The notes under the pieces are model-generated. The model did not search any database, had not been told where the DNA came from, and worked only from the letters and a program-made list of their open reading frames with translations. This document shows, piece by piece, positions 36,999 to 47,589 of a DNA stretch of 64,000 nucleotides. This stretch comes from Nitrospiria bacterium (GTDB lineage: Bacteria > Nitrospirota > Nitrospiria > JACQCE01): NCBI GenBank assembly GCA_035517195.1, contig DATIZH010000007.1, forward strand, positions 41,884-105,883, given 5' to 3'. The stretch's first letter is position 1, and every line of letters starts with the position of its first letter. Both the position numbers and the translations under genes were made by a program.

Positions 36999-39278
36999 GT
37001 GGCTCAATATGAGCTGAACCTTCGAGACTACTGGCACATCATCAGGAAACAACGGAGGACCGTGCTGTTCACAGTCGTCCTGGTATCGATGTCCTCGTTC
37101 GTGCTGTCTGAGCTGCTCAGACCCACGCCGCTCTATGAGGCGACCGCCAGCGTGAAATATGACCGCTCAAGCAATCTGGCCGGCCTCTTCGTAGAAGCCA
37201 TGACCTATTCCTACACTGATGACATCGCCAGCCAGACCGAGGTGATCAGGAGTTATCCCATCATTGAAATGACAGCCAGGACGGCCGGCTTGATTCCACA
37301 AGTGACCACTAGCGAGGAAATCCGCCGTCACCCCGCACTGCTCAAAACGGTCCTCGACCTGCAGAGGCGCGTCAAAGCCGAACGGGAGGGGAATACCAAT
37401 ATCATCAATGTCAGCGTCACCGCCAAGGATGCGGCGCAGGCTGAACGGTTGGCCAACGGCGTAGTCGATGCCTACAAGGATGAAAACAGCCTGAATCGAA
37501 ACCGGCAGGTGGACGAAGGCAGGAAGTTCATCGAAAACCAATTGACGGTGGTCAAGCGGCAATTGGACCAGTCGGAGCAGGACCTGGAGAATTTCAAGAA
37601 AAAAGAAGGGGTCGTCGAGATCAGCGACCAGGCCAGGGCGGCGCTGTCCGAACTGACGCGACTCGAGGACGAAGCTGGAGAGGTCAAGCAAACGCTCCGG
37701 GAAATCGATGACCAGACGGCGGAACTCCGGCGCGGGAACGCTCTGGTCAAAGCGGGCGAATCCACCAGGATTTTCACTGAAAATGCGGCCGCTCAGATCT
37801 ACACGCTGAATACGCGCCTGATGGACCTCCAGCAGGAACGGAACACGCTGTTGATCAGCTATTATCCCGATCATCCCAGCGTCAAGGACGTGGATGACAA
37901 GATTCAGGTGGTCCGACAGGAAATGCTGCATGAGCTGGACGCCAAGCGTCAGACTTATGTAGCCAGGCAGGCGCAGTTGTCGGCCCGCCTGGCCGCGATC
38001 AAGCAAGAGTATTACAGCGTGCCCGAAAAAGCGCTGCGACTGGCTCGTCTGGAGCGGGATGTGAAGGTGAACACCGACATCTACTCGCTCCTTCAGACCA
38101 AGCACCAGGAAGCGTTGATCCGCGGGGCGGAAAAGATCGTTGAAGTGACACAACTGCAGCCGGCGTTCGCCAGTCCGTTGCCAGTGAACATGCCCAACAC
38201 GCCGCTTAACATGTTGATCGGCGCCGTAATCGGGTGTTTGCTTGGATTGATCATCGGGTTCGTTCAGGAGTCGTTTGACACGTCACTGGGGACGATCGAG
38301 GATGTTGAATCCTTTCTGGGGCTGCCGGTGCTCGGCGTACTGCCCCATGCCGGCGATGAAGTGATCAACAAGGCATCCAGGGAGACAGCCCATGATAGGG
38401 GGCGGAATGGTCCATCGAGCTGGGTTCCCGCATGGCTCGGAGCCGGCCGCCGGTCGAGTGTCAGACAACGGGCCTCGCGCGGCCGTTCACTGGCCGACCT
38501 GTCGATGCTCTACGCGCCGCAATCGGCGCTGGCTGAGAGTTACCGGTCGCTTCGTACGAACCTGCTGTTTACCTCCTTGGGCAAATCCCTGCAGGTGATC
38601 CAACTGACCAGCGTCGGCATCGGGGAGGGCAAAACCAGCGTGATCGTGAATTTGGCGATCAGCATGGCGCAGGCCGGAAAACGAGTGCTCGTCGTGGACG
38701 CCGATTTGAGACGCCCGGCCATTCACCAGGTGTTCGGCATCGAGAAAGGGCCCGGCCTGACTGAACTGTTGCTCGGCACCAAGACCGTGTCGCAGGTTTG
38801 CCGGAGCCTGCCGGATCTACTGATGGGGCGGTTTCAAGTCGGCGAGATGATGGGCATTCCCGGCATCGACAAGCTAAACATCGTGACCAGCGGGTCGCTC
38901 CCGCCGAATCCGTCGGAATGTTTGAACTCGGTCCGCCTGGATGAGATTATGAGGGAATTCCGGCAACAGTATGATCTGGTGTTGATCGATACGCCGCCCA
39001 CCCTGCCTGTGGCGGATTCGATCATCATTGGTCGCAAGTCGGACGGCACGCTGCTGGTCTATGAAGTCGGCGACATCCCGCGCGTCGCGCTTCGCCGGGC
39101 CAAGATGATACTGGAGCAGGCACAGGTGAAGGTCCTGGGCATTGTATTGAACAATATGAGAGCGGAGATCAGTCTCGATCAATATCATTTCGATTATCAT
39201 TATCCCTATTTCGCCAACGGATCAGCGACGGAACCGACTCGTGAACCGGTCCATGTCAACGGACCGACGGGGCGTTGA
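36999..39278 (+). CDS. wzc: Polysaccharide co-polymerase / BY-tyrosine kinase (Wzc/GumC/EpsG-like)
   Basis: Wzz-type N-terminus LNLRDYWHIIRKQRRTVLFTVVLV, long coiled-coil, Walker A GIGEGKTS, VLVVDADLRRP, C-terminal Tyr cluster DQYHFDYHYPYF. AAGGAG lies before the GTG start. Confidence 0.85.
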   Translation: MAQYELNLRDYWHIIRKQRRTVLFTVVLVSMSSFVLSELLRPTPLYEATASVKYDRSSNLAGLFVEAMTYSYTDDIASQTEVIRSYPIIEMTARTAGLIPQVTTSEEIRRHPALLKTVLDLQRRVKAEREGNTNIINVSVTAKDAAQAERLANGVVDAYKDENSLNRNRQVDEGRKFIENQLTVVKRQLDQSEQDLENFKKKEGVVEISDQARAALSELTRLEDEAGEVKQTLREIDDQTAELRRGNALVKAGESTRIFTENAAAQIYTLNTRLMDLQQERNTLLISYYPDHPSVKDVDDKIQVVRQEMLHELDAKRQTYVARQAQLSARLAAIKQEYYSVPEKALRLARLERDVKVNTDIYSLLQTKHQEALIRGAEKIVEVTQLQPAFASPLPVNMPNTPLNMLIGAVIGCLLGLIIGFVQESFDTSLGTIEDVESFLGLPVLGVLPHAGDEVINKASRETAHDRGRNGPSSWVPAWLGAGRRSSVRQRASRGRSLADLSMLYAPQSALAESYRSLRTNLLFTSLGKSLQVIQLTSVGIGEGKTSVIVNLAISMAQAGKRVLVVDADLRRPAIHQVFGIEKGPGLTELLLGTKTVSQVCRSLPDLLMGRFQVGEMMGIPGIDKLNIVTSGSLPPNPSECLNSVRLDEIMREFRQQYDLVLIDTPPTLPVADSIIIGRKSDGTLLVYEVGDIPRVALRRAKMILEQAQVKVLGIVLNNMRAEISLDQYHFDYHYPYFANGSATEPTREPVHVNGPTGR

Positions 39279-39323
39279 CCGGAGGCGATCGACTCCGGTT
39301 CCTCTTGTCACCGCGCGGAGCGG

Positions 39324-40748
39324 ATGGGCATGCGTACGATAGAGCGCATCGAGCCTCAACCCCTGCCGCTCCTTTTTCTCTCCGCGCTGGCGCTGGCCGC
39401 GGCCTTCGCCATCGTGCAGATGACATTGGCCCACGCGGCCATGGCCTTTTCACTGGCCGGTCTGTGCGTCATCGCTCTTCTGTCCACCCCACTGGCGTTG
39501 TATTTGTTGATCTTTTCCATGCTCTTCTCGCCGGAGCTGGTGATCGGTCAGATGGCCGGACATGGCATAGCCGGCCGGGGGGTGACGCTCCGGCTGGATG
39601 ACATCCTGTTGATCGTCATCGGCTTCAGCTGGCTGGTGAAAATGGCCGTCTATAAGGAGCTGGGGCTGGTCCTTCGAACGCCCCTCAACCGTCCCATTCT
39701 TTTCTACATCTCGGCATGTGTGGTGGCGACGCTGATCGGGATCGCATCCGGACGCGTTCGTCCGGAATCGGGATTGTTCTATACGCTGAAATACTTTGAG
39801 TACTTTTTCATCTATTTTATGGTGGTCAACAATCTTCAGACGCAGGATCAGGTCAGGCGCTACCTGATCGCGTTGATCATCACCTGTGGCATCGTCAGTC
39901 TGTACGCCATCACGCAGATCCCCGGAGGTGTCCGGGCCAGCGCCCCGTTTGAAGGAGAGTCGGGCGAACCGAACACGCTGGGGGGCTATCTGGTGCTGAT
40001 GTTTTCCTTGGTGGCCGGGCTGGGGCTCCATGTTCGTGGAGCCAAGATCAGGATCGCTCTCGGCGTGCTGGCCGTTGTGATCCTGATCGCGCTGTCGGCA
40101 ACCCTGTCGCGCACCTCCTATCTGGCGTTGGGTGGGTCGGTGCTGGCATTGATGCTGTTCAGTCGAAGGCGGTTGGTCCTCGTGCTGGGGCTTGTGCTCA
40201 TGATGACGCTGAGTCCCTTCATTGTTCCGGAACGGGTGAAACATCGGGTGGGAGAAACATTTGTCACTCAACCGGACGAGGAGGAACAGGAGGTCCAGGT
40301 GGGGCGCATCGTGCTGGACACGTCGACCTCGGCTCGGCTGATCAGTTGGAAGACATCCACCGAAGACTGGCTCCGCCATCCCATCTTTGGATATGGGGTG
40401 ACAGGGTACGGATTCATCGATGCCCAATATTTCAAAGTACTGGTAGATACCGGACTCGTCGGGATCACGGCATTCCTCGTCCTGCTCTTCTCCCTCTGGT
40501 CGAGATTGCGGAACGCCTCGCGTTCAATGACCACACCCTGGACCCAGGGACTGGTGCTGGGCTTTATGGCCGGGTACATCGGGTTGTTGGTCCATGGGAT
40601 CGGCGCCAATACCTTCATCATTGTCAGAATCATGGAGCCGTTTTGGATGATTGTCGGATTATTGATTGTGTTGGTTCAGAATCAGGGAGTCATGACGCAG
40701 ACACAACCGATGATCAGCGGCCGAAAGGGCGTAACGTGGAAATATTGA
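39324..40748 (+). CDS. O-antigen ligase/polymerase family membrane protein (Wzy_C-like)
   Basis: About 10 or more hydrophobic segments, LSRTSYLALGGSVLALMLF motif, large loop with conserved His/Arg. Confidence 0.7.
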   Translation: MGMRTIERIEPQPLPLLFLSALALAAAFAIVQMTLAHAAMAFSLAGLCVIALLSTPLALYLLIFSMLFSPELVIGQMAGHGIAGRGVTLRLDDILLIVIGFSWLVKMAVYKELGLVLRTPLNRPILFYISACVVATLIGIASGRVRPESGLFYTLKYFEYFFIYFMVVNNLQTQDQVRRYLIALIITCGIVSLYAITQIPGGVRASAPFEGESGEPNTLGGYLVLMFSLVAGLGLHVRGAKIRIALGVLAVVILIALSATLSRTSYLALGGSVLALMLFSRRRLVLVLGLVLMMTLSPFIVPERVKHRVGETFVTQPDEEEQEVQVGRIVLDTSTSARLISWKTSTEDWLRHPIFGYGVTGYGFIDAQYFKVLVDTGLVGITAFLVLLFSLWSRLRNASRSMTTPWTQGLVLGFMAGYIGLLVHGIGANTFIIVRIMEPFWMIVGLLIVLVQNQGVMTQTQPMISGRKGVTWKY

Positions 40749-40803
40749 CAGACAATGACTCGCCAATTTCCAGAGCGACCAAATTATCATCCTGGATCTG
40801 AAC

Positions 40804-42318
40804 ATGCCAAGGCCCAAGGACGCGATCGTCAAAAATGTATTTTGGAATTTCTTCGGCCAGGGATGGTTGCTGGTCGTTGCCTTTTTTGTCACACCCTATA
40901 TCGTTCATCGGCTCGGTGTCGGCGTGTATGGAATTCTGGCATTTGTCGGCGTCGTCACCGGATATTTCTCATTTATGGAATTCGGTTTCGGAGCGGCCCT
41001 TGTGAAGCACATCGCGCAATATCAATCCCAACATGAGAAAGAGGCAATCCGAAGGGTGTTCTGGTCGTGTGTGCTGGTGTATGTGTGTCTCGGAAGCGTG
41101 GGGGTGACGATCATGGTTGTCTCGGCCCCTCTGCTCATTGATCGGCTGTTCCATATTTCTCAAGATATGAAGGCCCTGGCGTTTTTCGTACTTTATGTCG
41201 GAGCGTTTGGCTTCATGTTGTCCATGTTTTCAGGCGTGTTGGGCGGTGCACTGAAGGCTGTCAATCGGTTCGATCTCCTCAATCGGATTGAGGTGCTCCT
41301 TGGCACCGGGCAATCGGGGATGACCGTCATGCTGCTATACAATGGTTATTCCGTGAAGGGCGTCATTCTCGTCGATCTCTGCATCAGGATTGTTCGTGTC
41401 GCCACCTATGGGATCTTCACACAGAGAACGTTCCCATTCCTTGGACGCCCGTGCTGGGATACCAAAAGTTTTCTCACGCTGCTCAAATATGGCGGAAGTG
41501 TGACGATCTCAAGCATTGCAGGTCCCGTATTGGTCAACACTGAAAAGGTATTTCTTGGCGCTGTCTTTCCCATCACCGCGTTGACCTATTATACGGTCCC
41601 GTATTCATTCTTGCTGAAGCTATTGATTATCCCCTCGGCGATTTCATCGGTGCTGTTCCCTGCCTTTAGTCACTATCAAAGCGTACGCGATGAACAGACC
41701 ATTCTGGAGCTTTACAACAGGGGGACGTTGTATACCATCCTGCTACTTAGTTTTCCAGTGATGTTCCTTGCCATTTTCAGCCAGCCCTTTCTCACTGTCT
41801 GGATGGGTCGTGATTTTGCCCTGCACTCATCCGCGGTGTTAAGCATTCTTGCTGTCGCCAGCCTGATCAACGCCATGGCCTATCCGGCCGCCGTCGCCCT
41901 TCAAGGACTTGGGCGACCGTCCATCCCTGCGGCGTTCCATCTCCTCGAAGTGATCATCCATGTTCCGGTCAGTTACTTCCTCATCATCTCGCACGGACTG
42001 GTGGGCGCTGCACTAGCCTGGTTGCTCCGGGTGGTGATCGATACAGCGCTCCTGCACGCAGCGGTGAATCGTCTCTTTGAGATCAACTCGCTTCATTGGT
42101 ATTGGTCTCTGGCCTATCGCGGATTTGTGCCCGTCTTCGTCTGCGGCCTTCTGTTGTGCGCGATCCGGTGGTCTGAGGTATCTCTTTTGCAACCGGTGGC
42201 CTTAGGTGGTCTGATCGCAGGGGGCTTCCTGTACGGTTATCTGATCTGGAATTGGAGTCTTGATCAGGTTGCACGGCAACAAATCGGAATTAGCTGGACC
42301 CACTATGCCCTGAAATGA
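40804..42318 (+). CDS. wzx: Polysaccharide flippase (MOP/Wzx family)
   Basis: NVFWNFFGQGWLLVVAFFVTPYIVHRLGVGVYGILAFV N-terminus. About 12 or more TM segments. Confidence 0.8.
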   Translation: MPRPKDAIVKNVFWNFFGQGWLLVVAFFVTPYIVHRLGVGVYGILAFVGVVTGYFSFMEFGFGAALVKHIAQYQSQHEKEAIRRVFWSCVLVYVCLGSVGVTIMVVSAPLLIDRLFHISQDMKALAFFVLYVGAFGFMLSMFSGVLGGALKAVNRFDLLNRIEVLLGTGQSGMTVMLLYNGYSVKGVILVDLCIRIVRVATYGIFTQRTFPFLGRPCWDTKSFLTLLKYGGSVTISSIAGPVLVNTEKVFLGAVFPITALTYYTVPYSFLLKLLIIPSAISSVLFPAFSHYQSVRDEQTILELYNRGTLYTILLLSFPVMFLAIFSQPFLTVWMGRDFALHSSAVLSILAVASLINAMAYPAAVALQGLGRPSIPAAFHLLEVIIHVPVSYFLIISHGLVGAALAWLLRVVIDTALLHAAVNRLFEINSLHWYWSLAYRGFVPVFVCGLLLCAIRWSEVSLLQPVALGGLIAGGFLYGYLIWNWSLDQVARQQIGISWTHYALK

Positions 42319-43340
42319 AGCGACTTCGAACAGAGAAGATTTCCGCCTGCCCGGTGTGCGGCAAATTCGGTAGACGCATCTATAGCGACTTGAAGGACCG
42401 CCTGTATGACGTCCAGGGCACATTCAGCTTCCAACAATGCCCCTCATGCGGTCTCTTGTGGTTAGATCCAAGGCCGATCAAAAAGGATATCCCCAAGTGT
42501 TATGAAACTTATTGCACACATGAGGCACCACGCGAGGGTCCACAGGCCCCGCGGCGTCCTTTTGCCATGGTCAGAGACGCGCTGAGGACCGCTATTCTGT
42601 GCGGGGCCTACCGTTATCGCCACCTCCATGCCACACATATCTTGTGTCGATTGAGTCCGTTGCTGGTCAGGTTTCCATGGCTCGAACAGAAGGCAATTTA
42701 CGGGTTGAGAATGCCGTTTCCGGCGTATTCTCTGGGTTTACTGATCGATATCGGATGCGGCAACGGAAGTTATCTCGCAAGAATGAAGGACTTGGGGTGG
42801 AAGGTGTTGGGCATCGAGCCCGATCCAGCATCAGCCCAGATAGCGAAGAACAAAGGCATCCCCGTGTTCTCGGGAAGCCTTGAGGAGGCGCATCTCCCCG
42901 AAGCGATTGCTGATTACATCACAATGACACATGTCATTGAGCATCTCCCGGACCCGCGTTCAACGCTCAGGGAATGTTATCGCCTGCTGAAACCCGGCGG
43001 GAAGGTAGTCGTCTTCACGCCAAATGTAGACAGTCTCGGACATCGCTTGTTCCGACAGGCCTGGATGGCGCTTGATCCACCTCGTCATTTGATGATTTTT
43101 TCGGTGTTGAGCATAGACAAATTGTTCCGGACTGTGTTCTCCCGAGTCGATGTTGGAACTTCATCACACTTTGCGAGAGAGCATTACGATGCGAGTGCCG
43201 TCATTTCCCAATCCGGCAGAGTGAATCTGCATCGCGTACGGCCCCAACGTGGCGGACTGTTGTTTGCTGTGAAAGAACGGCTCAGTTGCCGACTCTGGAA
43301 TACAGGAGGCGAAGAACTGAAAGTTGTGGCGGTGAAGTAA
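42315..43340 (+). CDS. Class I SAM methyltransferase with N-terminal Zn-ribbon
   Basis: CPVCG...CPSCGLLWLDP, LLIDIGCGNGSY, HVIEHLPDPRSTLRECYRLLKPGGKVVVFTPN. 4-nt overlap with wzx. Confidence 0.75.
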   Translation: MKRLRTEKISACPVCGKFGRRIYSDLKDRLYDVQGTFSFQQCPSCGLLWLDPRPIKKDIPKCYETYCTHEAPREGPQAPRRPFAMVRDALRTAILCGAYRYRHLHATHILCRLSPLLVRFPWLEQKAIYGLRMPFPAYSLGLLIDIGCGNGSYLARMKDLGWKVLGIEPDPASAQIAKNKGIPVFSGSLEEAHLPEAIADYITMTHVIEHLPDPRSTLRECYRLLKPGGKVVVFTPNVDSLGHRLFRQAWMALDPPRHLMIFSVLSIDKLFRTVFSRVDVGTSSHFAREHYDASAVISQSGRVNLHRVRPQRGGLLFAVKERLSCRLWNTGGEELKVVAVK

Positions 43341-43358
43341 GGCAAGTGGTGCAGTGAG

Positions 43359-44273
43359 ATGACGACACCAACAGTCTCGGTCATTATTCCCTATTATGAA
43401 GGGCCGACGTGGCTGCCTCTGTCCCTGGAGAGTGTCCGGCGTCAGCGAGGGGTCTCGTGGGAGTTGATCATCGTAGATGATGGATCGATCCAGCAGCCGG
43501 ACACCATTATCGATGCTGTTCGTGATCCCCGGATCCACTTGGTAAGAATGATACACGCGGGAAAAGGTGCGGCAATCAACAGGGGAGTGGCGCATGCCCG
43601 GTCGGAGTTCATCTGCATTCTCGATCAGGATGATCAGATGGTTGAGACCCGGTGCGCCGTGCAGGCGGCGGCTCTGATGGGGAATCCACACGCCGCGGCC
43701 GTTTACTCGGACTATGAACTTGTATCTGACGGGGGACATGCAAGCAAGACCGTGATCAGCCGACAAGCCGATGCGGAGGAATTGCTGCATCAATTGGCCG
43801 TCGGCCGCGGTCTGATCTCCATGCAAACGATGATGATTCGAAAAACAGCTCTGCTCGACCTGGGGGGATTTTCAGAAGATCCAACGATCATCGGACTCGA
43901 TGACGGAGAGTTCTTCATGCGACTCTTCTGTTCCGGATCGAGGCTCCGTTATGTGCCGGGCGTAGTCGGCAGGTGGATCGAGCATTCCAAAAACTATTCG
44001 AAAAGCGAGAAATTTCAAGACGCCAGGCTCAGTTTATTGAGACACGCAGTCGAACTTGCGAATGAGTATTCATTGTTGAGAAAAGAATTGAAATACTTTC
44101 ACTTTCACAATTATTACATGCGGGGCTTGTTTTATCTCGAACACAACCGTCCACACCTGGCCTTTCATTCATTCCAGGCGGCCGTCGCTGCGCATCCGTT
44201 CCGTATGATCTCATACTATCTGTTGCTGAAATCAGGGATGATGAGTTTGTACAGCCAATGTATCAATCCATGA
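43359..44273 (+). CDS. Glycosyltransferase family 2
   Basis: VSVIIPYYEGPTWLPLSLESVRRQ, IIVDDGS, ILDQDD. Confidence 0.8.
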   Translation: MTTPTVSVIIPYYEGPTWLPLSLESVRRQRGVSWELIIVDDGSIQQPDTIIDAVRDPRIHLVRMIHAGKGAAINRGVAHARSEFICILDQDDQMVETRCAVQAAALMGNPHAAAVYSDYELVSDGGHASKTVISRQADAEELLHQLAVGRGLISMQTMMIRKTALLDLGGFSEDPTIIGLDDGEFFMRLFCSGSRLRYVPGVVGRWIEHSKNYSKSEKFQDARLSLLRHAVELANEYSLLRKELKYFHFHNYYMRGLFYLEHNRPHLAFHSFQAAVAAHPFRMISYYLLLKSGMMSLYSQCINP

Positions 44274-45289
44274 AGATCCTAGTCATCGGATATCACAATC
44301 CTCACTTCGAGACCGTGACCGAATACACGGAGGCGGCTGTCAGGCAAATGGGAGGCCGGTTACTCATCTCTGACGACCGTGACTTTCGACTGCCCGGAAC
44401 CCTGCGGGAATGGTTTGGACCGCTCCAGCGTTGGGATATCAGGAAGATGAACCAGCGTATCGTGGCGCTGGCCATGGACCAGAGTCCACATGTCTGCCTG
44501 GTTCAGGGCGGCCATCGCATCCTGCCTGAAACCGTTCGGGAGATGAAGGCCAGAGGAATCATCACTGTGTTGTGGACGATTGACGCGCCTGGATCGTCTG
44601 GCCTGCCGTATGACACCGCCCCGTTGTATGACCTGGTGTTTTGCGGGGGGACCGAGGCGGTCGAATTACTGACCGCGGCCGGCGTCACACGGCCGCAGTG
44701 GCTGCCTTTCGGCACTCCCTCCGCACTGGAGCCGTATCATTTGAGCGATGGAGAGCGGTCAGCCTACGACAGTGACGTCTGTTTTATCGGATCCTATTAT
44801 CCCAACCGGGCGCGACTGTTCGAGCAGTTGACCGGTCTCCGCCTGCTCATCCGTGGTCCGGGTTGGGGGCGTCTGTCCCCTCAATCACCGCTGACTGCAA
44901 TGGCCAGGGATCGGCAGGTCCCACCGTCAGAATGGCGGCGAATTTATGCCGCGTCGAAGATCGTCCTGGCGGTGCACTATCAGGACGATCGATCTCCATG
45001 CCATCAGGCTAGTCCGAGAGTATTTGAGGTCATGGCCTGCGGGGCCTTCCTGCTCTGCGATGGCCAGCGAGACGTGGCGACGCTTTTTAGGGACGGCGAA
45101 CATCTCGTTCTTTTCAACGACGGCCGTGATCTGAGACAAAAAATCGACTATTACCTGTCCCATCCGGGGGAACGGGCACGCATTGCCGAGCAGGGGCGTC
45201 GAGAAACCTTGAAGCATCATACCTACCTGCACAGGATGGAACACGTGCTGGCCGCCGTGCGGGCCATCCAGGCCCGGAGAGCCGCATGA
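44270..45289 (+). CDS. CgeB-like glycosyltransferase (Glyco_trans_1_2/DUF3880-like)
   Basis: SPRVFEVMACGAFLLCD...DGEHLVLFNDGRDLRQKIDYYLSHPGERARIAEQGRRETLKHHTYLHR. ATGA overlap with the GT2 stop, so start moved from 44258. Confidence 0.6.
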   Translation: MKILVIGYHNPHFETVTEYTEAAVRQMGGRLLISDDRDFRLPGTLREWFGPLQRWDIRKMNQRIVALAMDQSPHVCLVQGGHRILPETVREMKARGIITVLWTIDAPGSSGLPYDTAPLYDLVFCGGTEAVELLTAAGVTRPQWLPFGTPSALEPYHLSDGERSAYDSDVCFIGSYYPNRARLFEQLTGLRLLIRGPGWGRLSPQSPLTAMARDRQVPPSEWRRIYAASKIVLAVHYQDDRSPCHQASPRVFEVMACGAFLLCDGQRDVATLFRDGEHLVLFNDGRDLRQKIDYYLSHPGERARIAEQGRRETLKHHTYLHRMEHVLAAVRAIQARRAA

Positions 45290-47589
45290 GCGGGCCCGTT
45301 CATACGCCTATCCGCGTGGTGCATCTGATCGATCGCCTCGAAATCGGCGGGATGGAGCGGGTGCTTGCCACCATTGTGACCCGCTTGGACCGCAACCGGT
45401 ACCAACCGAGAGTATTGTGTCTGCTGGGACGGGGAGAAATCGCCGATGAATTGCAGCGAGCCGGCGTCACCGTCGATTGCTTCGAATGGCGCGCGGACCA
45501 GCGTCTCAAGGAACTTGCCCGGCTGGCCCGGTGGCTGCGCGATCATCAAGTCACCATCCTCCATACCCATGGCTACTCGGCCGGCGTGCTGGGGCGTGTG
45601 GCGGGATTGCTGGCCCGCACGCCGGTGCTCGTCGCCCATCTCCACACCACCGACTGGGGATTCACCGCGAGACAACGATGGATCGAGTGGGGCCTCTCCC
45701 TGGTCACGGATCGTGTGGTCTGCTGTTCACACGCCGTCGCCGCGTTCGCGGCAGGGACATTGGGCCTGTCGCCAGCGGTCCTGTCCGTGATTCGCAACGG
45801 CGTGCCGCTGCGTCGTGCAACGGATCACATTGAGCGCGAGCAGACTGCCGTGCGGCGGCTCTACGGCCTTTCGGCCGGCGCGCCGGTCATCGGCATCATC
45901 GGCTCGCTGGCCGCGCACAAGGGACACGCCGTCGCCCTGCAGGCCTTCGCCCGGCTGCGGCGTGAATTGCCAGAGGCAAGGATGCTGATCGTAGGGGACG
46001 GGCCGGAGCGGGAACGCTTGCGCGCGCAGGCGGAATCATCTGGGTTGCTGCCGTCGGTGGTTTTCACCGGCCGTCAGTCACGGGTCGCACCGCTGATGGC
46101 CGCATGCGACGTCGTCTGTCTGCCGTCGATTCAGCGGGAGGGGCTTGGTCTGGCACTGCTCGAAGCGATGACCGCCGGCAAGGCCGTCGTGGGATCCGAT
46201 CTTGAGGGCATGCGGGAGGTGGTGGCATCGTCGGAAACCGGCGCCCTCGTGCCGCCGAACGATTCGGCACGGCTGGCCGAGACCCTGGCCTGGGTGCTGA
46301 CCCATCCTGACCGGCGACGGGCGATGGGAGCCAACGGACGTCAGCGTGTCGAACGGCTCTTTTCCGAAACCCTGATGATGCGACGGATCACCGAATTATA
46401 TGATGACTTGTGCCGTCCAGCCTGGCTGTCATCGAAGAAACAACCCGTTCCGGTCCTCTACACCACCTGCCGTGGCACCTTGGAGGGGGGCGGGCAACAG
46501 AGCTTGATCCAACTGCTCACTCATCTGGACCGAGTCCGGTATCGCCCCGTAGTGCTCAGCCCGGATCGGGGTGAGTTGAGCGACCGAGTGGAGGGCATGG
46601 GCATCGAGGTGGTCGTGTGGCCGCTTCCCAAGGTCGCAAGCTGGCCTTTCTGGCCGCTGGTCCGAACCGTGGTCCAGATGGTCTCGTTCATTCGTCGTCG
46701 GCGGATTCGTCTCGTCCACACCGATGCGCCGCGCGAAACATTCTATACCGGTCTGGCGGCGTCGCTGAGCCGGGCCTCGTTGCTCTGGCATGTACGGGCC
46801 TGCAGCGGGGACTGGTCGGACCGCTGGTTGGCGGCGTTCTCGGACCGACTGATCCTGGTTGCGGAGGCGCTGCGTCCCAGGTTCAGGTACTACGTGGCCG
46901 GAGAGGATCAACCCAAACTGACCGTCATCCACAACGGCGTTGAGCTCGAACCGCCCTCCTCGCTCGAGGCTCAACGCGCCGCACTCCGGGCGCGCCTGAA
47001 TGTCCAGGCCGGAACAGTGGTCCTGGCCGCGGTGGGACGGATCGAGCCGCTCAAGGGCGTCGAGATCTTGCTGGAGGCGATGAGCCGTCTTCCGCGCGAA
47101 AGCCGGAATGTCAGGGTGCTCCTAATCGGGCCCATCGATTCGGCCTATCGAACCACGCTGCACTCCAAGGTAGAACGGATGGGCTTGAGTGGATGCATTG
47201 AGTTCGTCGGCTATCAGACACCTGTCCAACCTTGGATTGCTGTTGCAGATCTCATTGTTCATCCTTCACTTTATGAGGCTTTTCCTCGTGTGATACTTGA
47301 AGCTATGGCCATGGCAAAACCGGTCATCGCCTCGCGCGTGGGGGGCGTAGCCGAAGCGGTGGTAGATGAGGAGACGGGAATTCTGGTATCCGCGGAGGAT
47401 CCCGATGCCCTCGCGGCGGCACTGGCGCGATTGATCATGGATGCCGCATTGCGTGAGCGGATGGGTAAAGCGGGCCTGGAACGGGTTGCCGCACGGTTTG
47501 GCGCCGACCAGTGCGCGCGACGGGTCGAAGCGGAATATCGGCGTCTGGTCGGGGAGCCGGCCACGGTGCCTGAAGGGGCGGGATCATGA
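45286..47589 (+). CDS. Tandem double GT4 glycosyltransferase (two complete GT-B modules)
   Basis: Module 1: IRVVHLIDRLEIGGMERVL ... PSIQREGLGLALLEAMTAGKAVVGSDLEGMREVV. Module 2: VLYTTCRGTLEGGGQQSL ... PSLYEAFPRVILEAMAMAKPVIASRVGGVAEAV. Confidence 0.75.
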   Translation: MSGPVHTPIRVVHLIDRLEIGGMERVLATIVTRLDRNRYQPRVLCLLGRGEIADELQRAGVTVDCFEWRADQRLKELARLARWLRDHQVTILHTHGYSAGVLGRVAGLLARTPVLVAHLHTTDWGFTARQRWIEWGLSLVTDRVVCCSHAVAAFAAGTLGLSPAVLSVIRNGVPLRRATDHIEREQTAVRRLYGLSAGAPVIGIIGSLAAHKGHAVALQAFARLRRELPEARMLIVGDGPERERLRAQAESSGLLPSVVFTGRQSRVAPLMAACDVVCLPSIQREGLGLALLEAMTAGKAVVGSDLEGMREVVASSETGALVPPNDSARLAETLAWVLTHPDRRRAMGANGRQRVERLFSETLMMRRITELYDDLCRPAWLSSKKQPVPVLYTTCRGTLEGGGQQSLIQLLTHLDRVRYRPVVLSPDRGELSDRVEGMGIEVVVWPLPKVASWPFWPLVRTVVQMVSFIRRRRIRLVHTDAPRETFYTGLAASLSRASLLWHVRACSGDWSDRWLAAFSDRLILVAEALRPRFRYYVAGEDQPKLTVIHNGVELEPPSSLEAQRAALRARLNVQAGTVVLAAVGRIEPLKGVEILLEAMSRLPRESRNVRVLLIGPIDSAYRTTLHSKVERMGLSGCIEFVGYQTPVQPWIAVADLIVHPSLYEAFPRVILEAMAMAKPVIASRVGGVAEAVVDEETGILVSAEDPDALAAALARLIMDAALRERMGKAGLERVAARFGADQCARRVEAEYRRLVGEPATVPEGAGS

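Noticed and set aside
37167-38153. 328-aa antisense ORF opposite wzc
   Set aside because: Same reasoning. The sense strand encodes a clear Wzz/BY-kinase protein and the antisense product has no motif.
39450-40427. 325-aa antisense ORF opposite the O-antigen-ligase-like gene
   Set aside because: The product is hydrophilic and Gln/Arg/Asp/His-rich with no motif. The sense strand gives a coherent polytopic membrane protein.
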